Made by a program: the position numbers and the translations under genes. Positions 18,540 to 26,740 of a stretch of 32,000 nt of DNA are shown here, piece after piece. Positions within the stretch are counted from its first letter, which is position 1. Every line of letters starts with the position of its first letter. This DNA is from Chlamydiota bacterium (GTDB taxonomy: Bacteria > Auribacterota > JACPWU01). Below the pieces are notes generated by a model. That model was not told the DNA's origin. It was given only the letters and a program-made list of their open reading frames with translations, and searched no databases. Location of the stretch: the NCBI GenBank assembly GCA_016196885.1, contig JACPWU010000050.1, forward strand, positions 1 through 32,000, in the 5' to 3' direction.

Positions 18540-19498
18540 ATAAACCTCGGCTTCTTATATCTGGCTTTCCTCCGTTCTCGAATAGCACTTGTGTACGTCT
18601 TATGGATGGCATCTAATAAAAGTGAAAATTCTTTGGTTTGATCAAGGGTGATATCAACCCCTACCACTGTCCCCTGCCAATAGGGAAGATCACCCTCCGT
18701 TGAATGCCTATCCTTAAATGGATCCGCGTTCAAACGTAATCGAGAACTGGGAGGTCTCTTAAGCAACTTATAAAATCCATTTCCACTGTAAATGACAAAA
18801 AAATCTCGGCTCGCCCCTACAATCGATTTGATAAAAAAAAGACCCGCTCCTGCATTTTGCTCAGTTCCACCTTCTCTGCGAGTCGTTCCGGTAATCCCAG
18901 GCCGAAGAGCGAGTTGAATAGCTTCTAAGTCAGTTGTTGCAGAATAGGCTTGATTAATCGTTTTTTTAATACCCACACCTGTATCAGCAATTCCTATTCG
19001 GATGGCATTACTCTTTACGTAGTATTGAGCACATAGAAAAGCTCCATGCTCGGAACTAGCATGCTCTATGACATTGCGTACCAGTTCACTAACGATGTAT
19101 CCAATGGTTTTAGCCTGATCAAACCCAAGATGCAATAAAGGAATCATTTCTGTCATAAATTTCGTAAGCTCGTCTGAAGTACGAATCTGTGTTATAGGGA
19201 TGAAACGACCGGCTGGCTCATGCTCTACAACTCTTATGACTGATGGTATGTTCAATATCCTGAACAAACCCATACGTACAAGATAATGTTTTGATTTAGC
19301 TTCTAAGGGCACGCATTTTATGTGATCAGGCCTCACCCGTACACCCAGAGCCGCAATCATTGACAAAACAACAGGATGAACTGAAATCCATTTTTCATTG
19401 GCCGTAATTTCAAGGGAATCTGATCCAGAAGGATCAAATCCCCTTAGAAAGGGGTCAATATTTCCTAGGAATGCACTATTAGGAAGATGAATTTTCAT
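18536..19498 (-). CDS. GHKL-superfamily ATP-binding protein (SpoIIAB/RsbW-like HATPase fold) with an unknown N-terminal domain of about 130 aa, 320 aa
   Basis: N-box SELVRNVIEHA, G1 IADTGVGI, G2 NAGAGLFFI. There is no HisKA/H-box, so it is not a classical histidine kinase. Confidence 0.8.
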   Translation of the reverse strand: MKIHLPNSAFLGNIDPFLRGFDPSGSDSLEITANEKWISVHPVVLSMIAALGVRVRPDHIKCVPLEAKSKHYLVRMGLFRILNIPSVIRVVEHEPAGRFIPITQIRTSDELTKFMTEMIPLLHLGFDQAKTIGYIVSELVRNVIEHASSEHGAFLCAQYYVKSNAIRIGIADTGVGIKKTINQAYSATTDLEAIQLALRPGITGTTRREGGTEQNAGAGLFFIKSIVGASRDFFVIYSGNGFYKLLKRPPSSRLRLNADPFKDRHSTEGDLPYWQGTVVGVDITLDQTKEFSLLLDAIHKTYTSAIRERRKARYKKPRFI

Positions 19499-19504
19499 AC
19501 TTCG

Positions 19505-19557
19505 AATTTACCAGGAATCCAGGTATATGTCAATATTACCGGGATTCCTGGTAAATT
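19505..19557 (-). promoter_or_regulatory. Sigma-70-type promoter embedded in a 16 bp perfect inverted repeat (candidate operator)
   Basis: aatttaccaggaatcc (19505-19520) is the reverse complement of ggattcctggtaaatt (19542-19557). On the minus strand, TTGACA (19533-19528), a 17 nt spacer and TAAATT (19510-19505) end 6 nt before the ATG at 19498. Confidence 0.55.
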
Positions 19558-19606
19558 TTCACCTTCTTTGTAACAAGTTTAGCTTGTACCTCTCAAGTCA
19601 ATTCTT

Positions 19607-19670
19607 TGTAGCCGCCCGATTTATCGGGCAAATTCATGCAAGGGGCTGCCCCATAAATGGGGTGACTACA
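19607..19670. repeat. REP-like palindromic element, copy 2
   Basis: tgtagccgcccgatttatcgggc...ccccataaatggggtgactaca, between the rnhC stop and the module promoter. Confidence 0.85.
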
Positions 19671-19693
19671 AAAGCTTCAAGGTAGGCGTTTGT

Positions 19694-20611
19694 CTAGTCT
19701 GATAAATGAGAGATAATTTTTTCCGTAAACTTAAAATGAATTTTTGCTACTTTTGAAAGTCCTTCAAGTCCATTTTTCTCAAATATTTTTTTGGCCACGT
19801 TCTCTACTTGAACTCCGGCTCCACGGGGAAGTTCCATGCCTGTCTCTTTCCCCAATTCTTCCAAGCGCGTTACAAATTCGTGACGCGCTACAATTGAAGC
19901 AGCAGCCACCGCAATGTCTTCCTCACCGTGATGCCTTTGAGTCAGCTTCACCTTGCGTCCCTCTTCCATTAAAGCATTAAGAACGAGGCGCTCATCCCCA
20001 AATTGATCCAACATGACTTCCGAACAAGAAACTTTTTCTAAAATATTTTCAATGGCTCTGGCATGACCCCAGGCGAGCATTCGATTCAGATTTTTAATTT
20101 TTTCGTAAAGCTTGTTATACCGCTCAGGGCCCATCACGACAAGAGAAAAAGGACAATCTGTTTTAATCATTTGACTTAAAATGCGAATCGCAGGTTCTGA
20201 AAGCTTCTTGCTGTCTTTGACACCCGCCTGGACCAAACGAGCAATTTTATCTTTCTCAACATAAACGCTGGCGACCACCAAGGGACCAAAATAATCCCCT
20301 TTACCGCTTTCATCGACGCCCGCATGTGAAGACCCCTGAGCCTGGGCCAGTTCACCTTCATAACCAAAACTCATTTTTTGCAAAATTTCAGGTTCGAGAA
20401 AAAATTGAACAAACTCGGCCATTCCCTTCCCCTGAACAACCAATTTTCCCTTCGAATAAAAAACGATATTCAAATCTTTCCGAAACGCAGCCCACTGGGC
20501 ATAAGGAATTTCACGATATTCAAAATCTTTTTCGTCCAAGGCTTTTTTCAATTGAAGCGCCTGGCTTTTTTCCAAAACACAAACATAATAATTCTTTTGA
20601 ACCGGATTCAT
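19694..20611 (-). CDS. rnhC: Ribonuclease HIII
   Basis: About 300 aa with an N-terminal extra domain, followed by the RNase HII/HIII core GVDESGKGDYFGPLVVA. The length and the N-terminal domain favour HIII over HII. Confidence 0.85.
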   Translation of the reverse strand: MNPVQKNYYVCVLEKSQALQLKKALDEKDFEYREIPYAQWAAFRKDLNIVFYSKGKLVVQGKGMAEFVQFFLEPEILQKMSFGYEGELAQAQGSSHAGVDESGKGDYFGPLVVASVYVEKDKIARLVQAGVKDSKKLSEPAIRILSQMIKTDCPFSLVVMGPERYNKLYEKIKNLNRMLAWGHARAIENILEKVSCSEVMLDQFGDERLVLNALMEEGRKVKLTQRHHGEEDIAVAAASIVARHEFVTRLEELGKETGMELPRGAGVQVENVAKKIFEKNGLEGLSKVAKIHFKFTEKIISHLSD

Positions 20612-20676
20612 GCGAGTGATTGGGTTTTAAAAGATCTCGGGCTTCATGAGTTGTTATAAAAAGTAAGCATCGTCAA

Positions 20677-20982
20677 TCATCTTAACTTCTTTACCTCACT
20701 GATGAAAAAAGATTTTATTTGTTTCCACGGGACTTCTTTTAACATCTTTGGCATTTCTTCAGGCTCTGCATCTTCAAAATGACCGAGATGGGAAAGTTGA
20801 TTGGAAAGCTGTGTTGGGTTAAACGGTTTGGGCGTAAAGAAATCAAAATCAACCGAGATTCGATGCCCCAATTGCAAGGCTAACGCCGTCCCCCCAGCCA
20901 GATAAGTCTCTTTGAGAAGACCGGACTGTCCTAATAAGGCCAAACAATTCCGGGATCCTTGGACAAGTGTCTCTTCAAACAT
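20677..20982 (-). pseudogene. Truncated or internally deleted AbiEii/AbiGii-type nucleotidyltransferase (type IV TA toxin family) remnant, 101 aa
   Basis: The signature YLAGGTALALQLGHRISVDFDFF is present, but the protein is far shorter than the usual family length as I recall it (roughly 200-300 aa). Confidence 0.55.
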
Positions 20983-21103
20983 GCAACTTCATCCTTATAC
21001 GCTTGAGAATAAAATCGCGGTGCTTATCCACTGTCAAGTGATTAAAATTAACATCCCAAAAAAGTTTTTCCAAAAATCCAGGCAGCTTGGAGAAAGAATG
21101 CAT
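20975..21103 (-). pseudogene. 42-codon remnant of the partner gene usually found upstream of AbiEii-like genes
   Basis: My own translation: MHSFSKLPGFLEKLFWDVNFNHLTVDKHRDFILKRIRMKLHV. The LFWDV...L...KH..FI..R motif resembles the N-terminus of proteins paired with these transferases. Its stop overlaps the downstream ATG. Confidence 0.35.
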
Positions 21104-21225
21104 GAGACTAAGTTTACCTTATGTCTTTAGTCTGGTGAATACATACCTTCATTAAACTCAAGTTATTATAGCAAGAAATAAGGTGTGATTGAATCCTGGA
21201 ATTGAAGCAGCATAAACCGGATGCT

Positions 21226-21269
21226 GTATTTAAAAGTGTGTCCTTTTAAAAGGACACACTTTTAAATAC
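21226..21269. repeat. 44 bp perfect palindrome downstream of otsB (possible terminator or element scar)
   Basis: gtatttaaaagtgtgtcctttt followed by its exact reverse complement. Flanked by the direct repeat cataaaccg at 21211-21219 and 21275-21283. Confidence 0.8.
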
Positions 21270-21296
21270 GCGATCATAAACCGATAAAATGTCCTG

Positions 21297-22106
21297 TCAA
21301 GTCACTTTATCTCGATAAAATGACCTCACAGGGAATATTATCTGGTTTAAAAAATCAAGAACCTCCTTGGGGGACTGAACATAATGAGAGGCGTATGATT
21401 TTTTGGAAAGCCCCACGCGGACAGTGAGACTCTTTGATTTTAGAACGCGAAACACATCTTCATCGGTTTGATCATCCCCGATATAAATTTTAAAAGCATC
21501 TCGAGAAAGATTTTTAACACGGCCCATTTTTAAAAGAGCCTTTCCCTTATCCCAATTTGTCCGGGGTCGAATTTCAAAAACTTTTTTACCTGAAGTCAGT
21601 TTGATTTGTTTTAAGTGAGAAGAAAGAATGTGATGCACTATTTTTTTAAGATATGGAATTTGTTGCAAAGACACATCACGATAATGCACCGTTAAGGTTG
21701 CCTTTTTATTCTCAATAAAAATTCCTGGAAAACAAGAAAGTCCCCGTTTTAGTTTTTTTAAAATCTCTCGATAAAGAGGTTTGAGTTTCTTGGACAGGGG
21801 ATGCGTCCAGGTTTTCTTGCCCCACTTCATTTCAAAACCGTGATTGGCAATGAAAAGAATCTTCGGAAGTGGAATCAATTTAAGAATGGAGTCCATGGAC
21901 CGGCCCGTCACAATGCATAAAATGATTTTCGGATTTTTCGAAAGTTTTTTCAGCAGTGAAAGAGAATTAAGAGAAAGTCTCGCTTCTTGAGGTTTTGAAA
22001 CGATCGGGGCAAGCGTCCCATCATAATCTAGAGCTAAAAAAACCTGAGACGCGCCGTGAATCTGACAAAGATGGGACTCGAGCTCACGCCTTCCTAAGGA
22101 TTTCAC
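21297..22106 (-). CDS. otsB: Trehalose-6-phosphate phosphatase (HAD family)
   Basis: HAD motif I LALDYDGTL, motif IV GDDQTDEDVF, size 269 aa, and operon context with otsA. Confidence 0.85.
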   Translation of the reverse strand: MKSLGRRELESHLCQIHGASQVFLALDYDGTLAPIVSKPQEARLSLNSLSLLKKLSKNPKIILCIVTGRSMDSILKLIPLPKILFIANHGFEMKWGKKTWTHPLSKKLKPLYREILKKLKRGLSCFPGIFIENKKATLTVHYRDVSLQQIPYLKKIVHHILSSHLKQIKLTSGKKVFEIRPRTNWDKGKALLKMGRVKNLSRDAFKIYIGDDQTDEDVFRVLKSKSLTVRVGLSKKSYASHYVQSPKEVLDFLNQIIFPVRSFYRDKVT

Positions 22107-23326
22107 AAATAAATGGTCTCACCCTCTTTTTCAAGGCTTAACATCAATAGAAGATAATCCCTTATATGCCGCGTAATCAAGTAATTTTGTCGAATGTGTT
22201 CCCGTCCATTTTTTCCAAGACGTTCGGCAAAACTTGGATTGTGCAAAATCTGTTTTACATAATAGGCCGTCCCTTCAATAGTATGCGAAAGAAGTCCCGT
22301 GTAGCCATGGGCAATTTGAAGGGTAATTCCGCCCACAGCAGAAGCAACCACAGGCTTGCCTTTCCAAAGTGCCTCTGCCACCGTTAAGCCAAATCCTTCA
22401 CGCAACGATTTCTGAAGAACCACATCAGACGCTCTTTGCAATGCATTGATTTCAATGTCTGAAGAAGGCGGCAAAAAAAGAACCCGAATGTCCGGATCAT
22501 CTTGGGCCTCCTTTTGAACCATTTCTAAAATTTGGAGTCCTTCAGGATCATCCGTCGCACCTCCTCCCGCAAGAATCAATTGGCAATCAATATTTCTTTT
22601 GACCATGCGATAAACCTTGATCACCCCCAGTGGATCCTTCTGATAATCAAAGCGAGAAATTTGCGTGATAATAGGTCGAGAACGGTCAATTTTAAATTTC
22701 TCCAAAACTTGATCCACCATTTCAGGAGAAAGATCTTTATTCTTGTCACTCAAAGGATCAATGGACGGACTGATAATGGTCTGGCGAATAGATAAAGGCT
22801 TTGAAAAAGAAGGAGCAGAAAAAACAACGGCATCATAATTTTTGACATAGCCCTCGAGATAGTTCCACAAGAAGGGATCACAAACCGTGGAATCAATATG
22901 ACATCGCCAAACCCACTTTTTCCCAATTTCTCCTTTTTTATGAACGAGGCCAATCGGCTGGGGGTCATGAATGAAGAAAAAATCCGCATTGAGATTCATC
23001 TCTTTCAGATTCATTTGAGAGACTTCTTGAAAATGATCTAAATCTTCTTGTGAAATCTCCTCTTTTCTCCCATGAAGCATGTTGTGAAATTTTTTTGTGA
23101 TGGTAAAAAAACGTTCCCCTCCTTTGATCACATCCCATCTGGCATCAAGTCCCAAATCCAAAAAAAGGGGAATCATGCGATTCAAGATTTCGGCCACTCC
23201 CCCTCCCACGGCCGTTGCATTCACATGCTGCATGGGGCGCCCTTTCAAATGCTGGGCCAAGAGACGAAGCTCTTGAATCAGAGCCGGTCCAACCACGGGT
23301 TCATAATCTGCGATTTTATTAAGCAT
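22103..23326 (-). CDS. treT: Trehalose glycosyltransferring synthase-like GT4 glycosyltransferase
   Basis: Strong resemblance from memory to archaeal/bacterial TreT: HVNATAVGGGVAEILNRMIPL, WRCHID, PSIDPLSDKN, ITQISRFD..KDP.GVI, FQRASDVVLQKSLREGFGLTVAEALWKGKPV. Confidence 0.8.
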   Translation of the reverse strand: MLNKIADYEPVVGPALIQELRLLAQHLKGRPMQHVNATAVGGGVAEILNRMIPLFLDLGLDARWDVIKGGERFFTITKKFHNMLHGRKEEISQEDLDHFQEVSQMNLKEMNLNADFFFIHDPQPIGLVHKKGEIGKKWVWRCHIDSTVCDPFLWNYLEGYVKNYDAVVFSAPSFSKPLSIRQTIISPSIDPLSDKNKDLSPEMVDQVLEKFKIDRSRPIITQISRFDYQKDPLGVIKVYRMVKRNIDCQLILAGGGATDDPEGLQILEMVQKEAQDDPDIRVLFLPPSSDIEINALQRASDVVLQKSLREGFGLTVAEALWKGKPVVASAVGGITLQIAHGYTGLLSHTIEGTAYYVKQILHNPSFAERLGKNGREHIRQNYLITRHIRDYLLLMLSLEKEGETIYL

Positions 23327-23987
23327 GGAGTCTCTCCTCGGCCAAAGAACAAATTTTGGTTCTAAGTTCTTCCAACGTGTGTGTGTAAGGATCTAATTTG
23401 GAGATTTGCTTGGCCAGTTTCTCTTCTCTCACGCAACTCTTAAGCCACATGGAAAAATCATTGTCGTTTTTTCCCAGACGCAGCCGAGCATCAAACATGT
23501 GATAATAAATGGAATAAATTGTTACTTGACGTAAAATCTCATTAAACTCTTCCAAACTATGAGCCTCATAAGGCAAGGGAAGAATAAATTGAACAGATTT
23601 CATAAAATAAAACTCGTGTCCCAAAGATGCAAAACGCATCAAAGCATCTGGAGAAAGATTGATATACTCTTCAAGTGTTCTCACAATTTCTTTTCTCAAA
23701 GACTCGATGTCACCAAATTGTAAAATATCGATCGAAAAAAGTTTTTCCCCCAAAACTTTATCCCCCAAGACATTTTTCACCCAATAGGCAAAATCATTCG
23801 GGGGCTCTGGAGAAAGGTACTGATGCTGCTGCAAGAAGCGATGCGTATGATAATAAACAGAGGAAGGCGGAACCTCCTTTAAATGGAGGAGCAATTCTTG
23901 CAAATTCTTCGCTCTTCGCCCCAGCGTCTCTGTCAAATCCAAACTGGTTGAAAATTTAAATGATGTAGTGTTCATTTCATTGCTCAT
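23319..23987 (-). CDS. Hypothetical protein with an internal duplication (possibly the DUF5752 family seen next to TreT-type genes)
   Basis: Two similar halves: SVYYHTHRF...NDFAYWVKNVLGDKVLGEKL...IESLRKEIVRTLEE and SIYYHMFDA...NDFSMWLKSCVREEKLAKQI...LEELRTKICSLAEE. Both ends overlap the neighbouring genes. Confidence 0.7.
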   Translation of the reverse strand: MSNEMNTTSFKFSTSLDLTETLGRRAKNLQELLLHLKEVPPSSVYYHTHRFLQQHQYLSPEPPNDFAYWVKNVLGDKVLGEKLFSIDILQFGDIESLRKEIVRTLEEYINLSPDALMRFASLGHEFYFMKSVQFILPLPYEAHSLEEFNEILRQVTIYSIYYHMFDARLRLGKNDNDFSMWLKSCVREEKLAKQISKLDPYTHTLEELRTKICSLAEERLHA

Positions 23988-25014
23988 AAGAAGGCACCTC
24001 TTCTTTCATTACATGAATCACTCTTTGGGGAAAGGGCATTTCTACTCCTTCTTGCTTAAACCGCTTAAAAATTCTTTTACGCAATTCATGCTGAACCCCA
24101 TATTGATCTACAAATTCTTTGACCTGACAATTAAGGGAAAAATCAAGCGAGCTTTCTCCAAATCCAGGAATAAATACGACAGAGGGCTTGGACTTGGGAA
24201 CAAGACCTTTCACCTCTTCCACAGCCCTCTGGGCTTCATCCAACACAATTCTTTCAACCTTTTCAATGTCCACTTCACGGCTTACAGAAAAAGAGATGGA
24301 AATTCCCATGGATCGATCTGGCAAATGAAAATTGGTCAAAACGGCCTGAGAAAGTTTCTGATTGGGAATGATGATGACATTATTTCCAAGTGTTTTCATT
24401 TTGGTCACGCGAGAAGTGATATCTGTAATGTAACCCTCTTGCCCCGAGTCTAATTTTACATAATCCCCCGGCCTAACATTTCTTGAAAGAACCAGATAAA
24501 TACCGGAAAAAAGATTTGAAAGAGTGTCCTGTAGTGCCAAGGCCGCAGCCAATCCCCCCACACCCAGGGCTGTCAAGATGGGGGTAATCGAAATATCCAA
24601 GGCATTCAAAATCATCAAAAAACCAATAGAAAAGATAATGCATGAGGAAATATTTTGCGTAAGACTGGTCAAGGCCAGACGATGCTCAAGACCCTGACCA
24701 TATTTACAAATCACAGCACTGGAAATATTGGAGATGACCACTGCAATAGAGAACATTAAAATGACTTCAATAATTTTATGAAGAACATCTACTTCTATAA
24801 AAGGAAGCTTCTCAAATCTTAAGGCGATTGAGCCTGAAATGAGGATTGTCCAAAAAAAGGAAGGCGTTCGCATAACGCGTAAAAGAATATCATCCACCTC
24901 TCTGTGACGCCATTTCCGGATAAAATGAAAAACAAGACTACGAATACCTAATCCACTGAAAATGGAAACGGCAAAAACCAAAAGAGGAATAAAGTCTTTT
25001 ATGTCTATACTCAT
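23977..25014 (-). CDS. MscS-family mechanosensitive channel
   Basis: TM3/beta-domain signature LSNLFSGIYLVLSRNVRPGDYVKL...GYITDITSRVTKMKTLGNNVIIIPNQKL. I prefer the ATG at 25014 (MSIDIKDFIPLLVFAV), because the listed 25188 start would overlap otsA by about 100 nt. Confidence 0.85.
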   Translation of the reverse strand: MSIDIKDFIPLLVFAVSIFSGLGIRSLVFHFIRKWRHREVDDILLRVMRTPSFFWTILISGSIALRFEKLPFIEVDVLHKIIEVILMFSIAVVISNISSAVICKYGQGLEHRLALTSLTQNISSCIIFSIGFLMILNALDISITPILTALGVGGLAAALALQDTLSNLFSGIYLVLSRNVRPGDYVKLDSGQEGYITDITSRVTKMKTLGNNVIIIPNQKLSQAVLTNFHLPDRSMGISISFSVSREVDIEKVERIVLDEAQRAVEEVKGLVPKSKPSVVFIPGFGESSLDFSLNCQVKEFVDQYGVQHELRKRIFKRFKQEGVEMPFPQRVIHVMKEEVPSYEQ

Positions 25015-25084
25015 GTGAGACTCACCCGCCTTTCCCACAATTACCTCACCCCCAACTTTAACTTTTAGCTTAAGACTCTCCCTA

Positions 25085-26584
25085 TTAAACCGGCCGAGAT
25101 GAAGCCGGTTGACGGGGTTCCACTTTTTTAAATTCAGAAATAATTTTTCCCGCCCATTTATAAATATTATTTTCCTGAACCACCTCACGCATTTTCCGCA
25201 TTCGGGTTTTCCTTTCTTCAGCAGGCATTTCTAGCGCCGTTTTAAGGGCATGAGCAAAATCATCCGTCGCATAGGGATTCACAAGCACTGCATCTGTTAA
25301 TTCTCGGGCAGAACCTGTGAATTGACTCAAGATCAAGACTCCATCTCCATCTGATCTTGCTGCCACAAATTCTTTCGCCACCAAATTCATTCCATCATGA
25401 AGTGAACTCACCACACAAACATTGGCCAAGCGGTAATAGACCATTTCTTCTTTTAAATTAAAATAGGCCTTGCGAAGCACAATCGGCTTCCAGTCTTTAA
25501 AGCCATATTTTAAATTTGTCTCGACCATAATATGATTAATCTCATCGTTGTATTCTTTGTATTTTTGAATGTGAATCCTGGAAAGAGGGCCCAGTTGTAA
25601 AAAAGTAAATTTTCCAAGATACTCAGGATATTTTTCAAAAAACAGGTCCACAGCCCTCAAGCGATCCGGAATGCCCTTGATATAATCCACGCGATCAATC
25701 CCAATTCCGATCAGCCGATCTTTAAGCCCTAATTCTCTGCGAATCTTTTTGACTTTTTCATCCAAATCAGACGCCTGACCCAAAGTGTTGATCTCTTCAA
25801 AATCCACACTGATCGGAAAGGGTTTTACAAAGGTCTCCCGCCCTCCCCGAATGACCGAAGATTTCTCACGATCAATTTTGGCCTCAATCATAGAATCGAC
25901 CGCTTCCAGAAAATTTTGACAATGATAAAGAATGTGAAAACACAAAAGATCATTGCCTAAGAGGCCATCCAAAATTTCTTCCGCCCAGGGACACACTTTA
26001 AAGACCTCCGGATTCGGCCAAGGAATATGCCAAAATTGGGCCACCATAATGTCTGGCCTGATCTCCTTTAAAATTCTGGGCAAAAGCGCAAAGTGATAAT
26101 CCTGAATAAATACAAATCCTGTATCTCCATTTAATTCCTCTAAAATAACTTGAGCAAATTTTTCATTCACTCGTTTATAAATTTGCCACTGAGCCTCATT
26201 AAAAATGGGTCGGCTATAGGCAATGTGAGAGAGCGGCCACAGCGCCTCATTTGAAAAACCGTAATAATAACCTTCTTCTTCCTCTTTGGTGAGCCACACC
26301 CGTCTCAAGGTATAATGAGGATTGTCCGGTGGAACTTTTACATGGTCAGAAGAATCCACCACTTCTCGATCCGCGTCTCCTGCGCCATGCGCAACCCAAA
26401 TCCCTCCTGAAACCTTCATCACGGGATCTAGTGCAATGGCCATCCCGCTGGGAGGAGGTTCACAATGAATTTCCTCTCCCTGAAAGGTGTGAACATAGGG
26501 CTCACGGTTGGAAACAATGATAAATTTATGAGAGCCAATTTTAGATAAAACCGTTTCTTGAAGATCTTTCTTATTCCAAACCAT
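25085..26584 (-). CDS. otsA: Trehalose-6-phosphate synthase (GT20)
   Basis: FIIVSNREPY, GGIWVAHGAG, FSNEALWPLSH, IQDYHFALLP, VDYIKGI, SLHDGMNLVAKEF. Confidence 0.9.
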   Translation of the reverse strand: MVWNKKDLQETVLSKIGSHKFIIVSNREPYVHTFQGEEIHCEPPPSGMAIALDPVMKVSGGIWVAHGAGDADREVVDSSDHVKVPPDNPHYTLRRVWLTKEEEEGYYYGFSNEALWPLSHIAYSRPIFNEAQWQIYKRVNEKFAQVILEELNGDTGFVFIQDYHFALLPRILKEIRPDIMVAQFWHIPWPNPEVFKVCPWAEEILDGLLGNDLLCFHILYHCQNFLEAVDSMIEAKIDREKSSVIRGGRETFVKPFPISVDFEEINTLGQASDLDEKVKKIRRELGLKDRLIGIGIDRVDYIKGIPDRLRAVDLFFEKYPEYLGKFTFLQLGPLSRIHIQKYKEYNDEINHIMVETNLKYGFKDWKPIVLRKAYFNLKEEMVYYRLANVCVVSSLHDGMNLVAKEFVAARSDGDGVLILSQFTGSARELTDAVLVNPYATDDFAHALKTALEMPAEERKTRMRKMREVVQENNIYKWAGKIISEFKKVEPRQPASSRPV

Positions 26585-26740
26585 AGTGGCCTCCCTCCCG
26601 AAAAATTCCCTAAAACCCCAATACCGAAGTTAGGTGCGAGCACCGAGGCGAAAGAGCTTGTACCAGATTGGGAGGTAAAATGCAAGAGCGACAGTTTCAC
26701 CTTTCAAACAAAACTGCCGCTCTCACATCCCCCTCATTTT

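Noticed and set aside
25015-25188. Longer N-terminal extension of the MscS-family gene given in the ORF track
   Set aside because: It would overlap the 3' end of otsA by about 100 nt and encodes a basic non-membrane peptide. The internal ATG at 25014 starts directly at the first TM segment.
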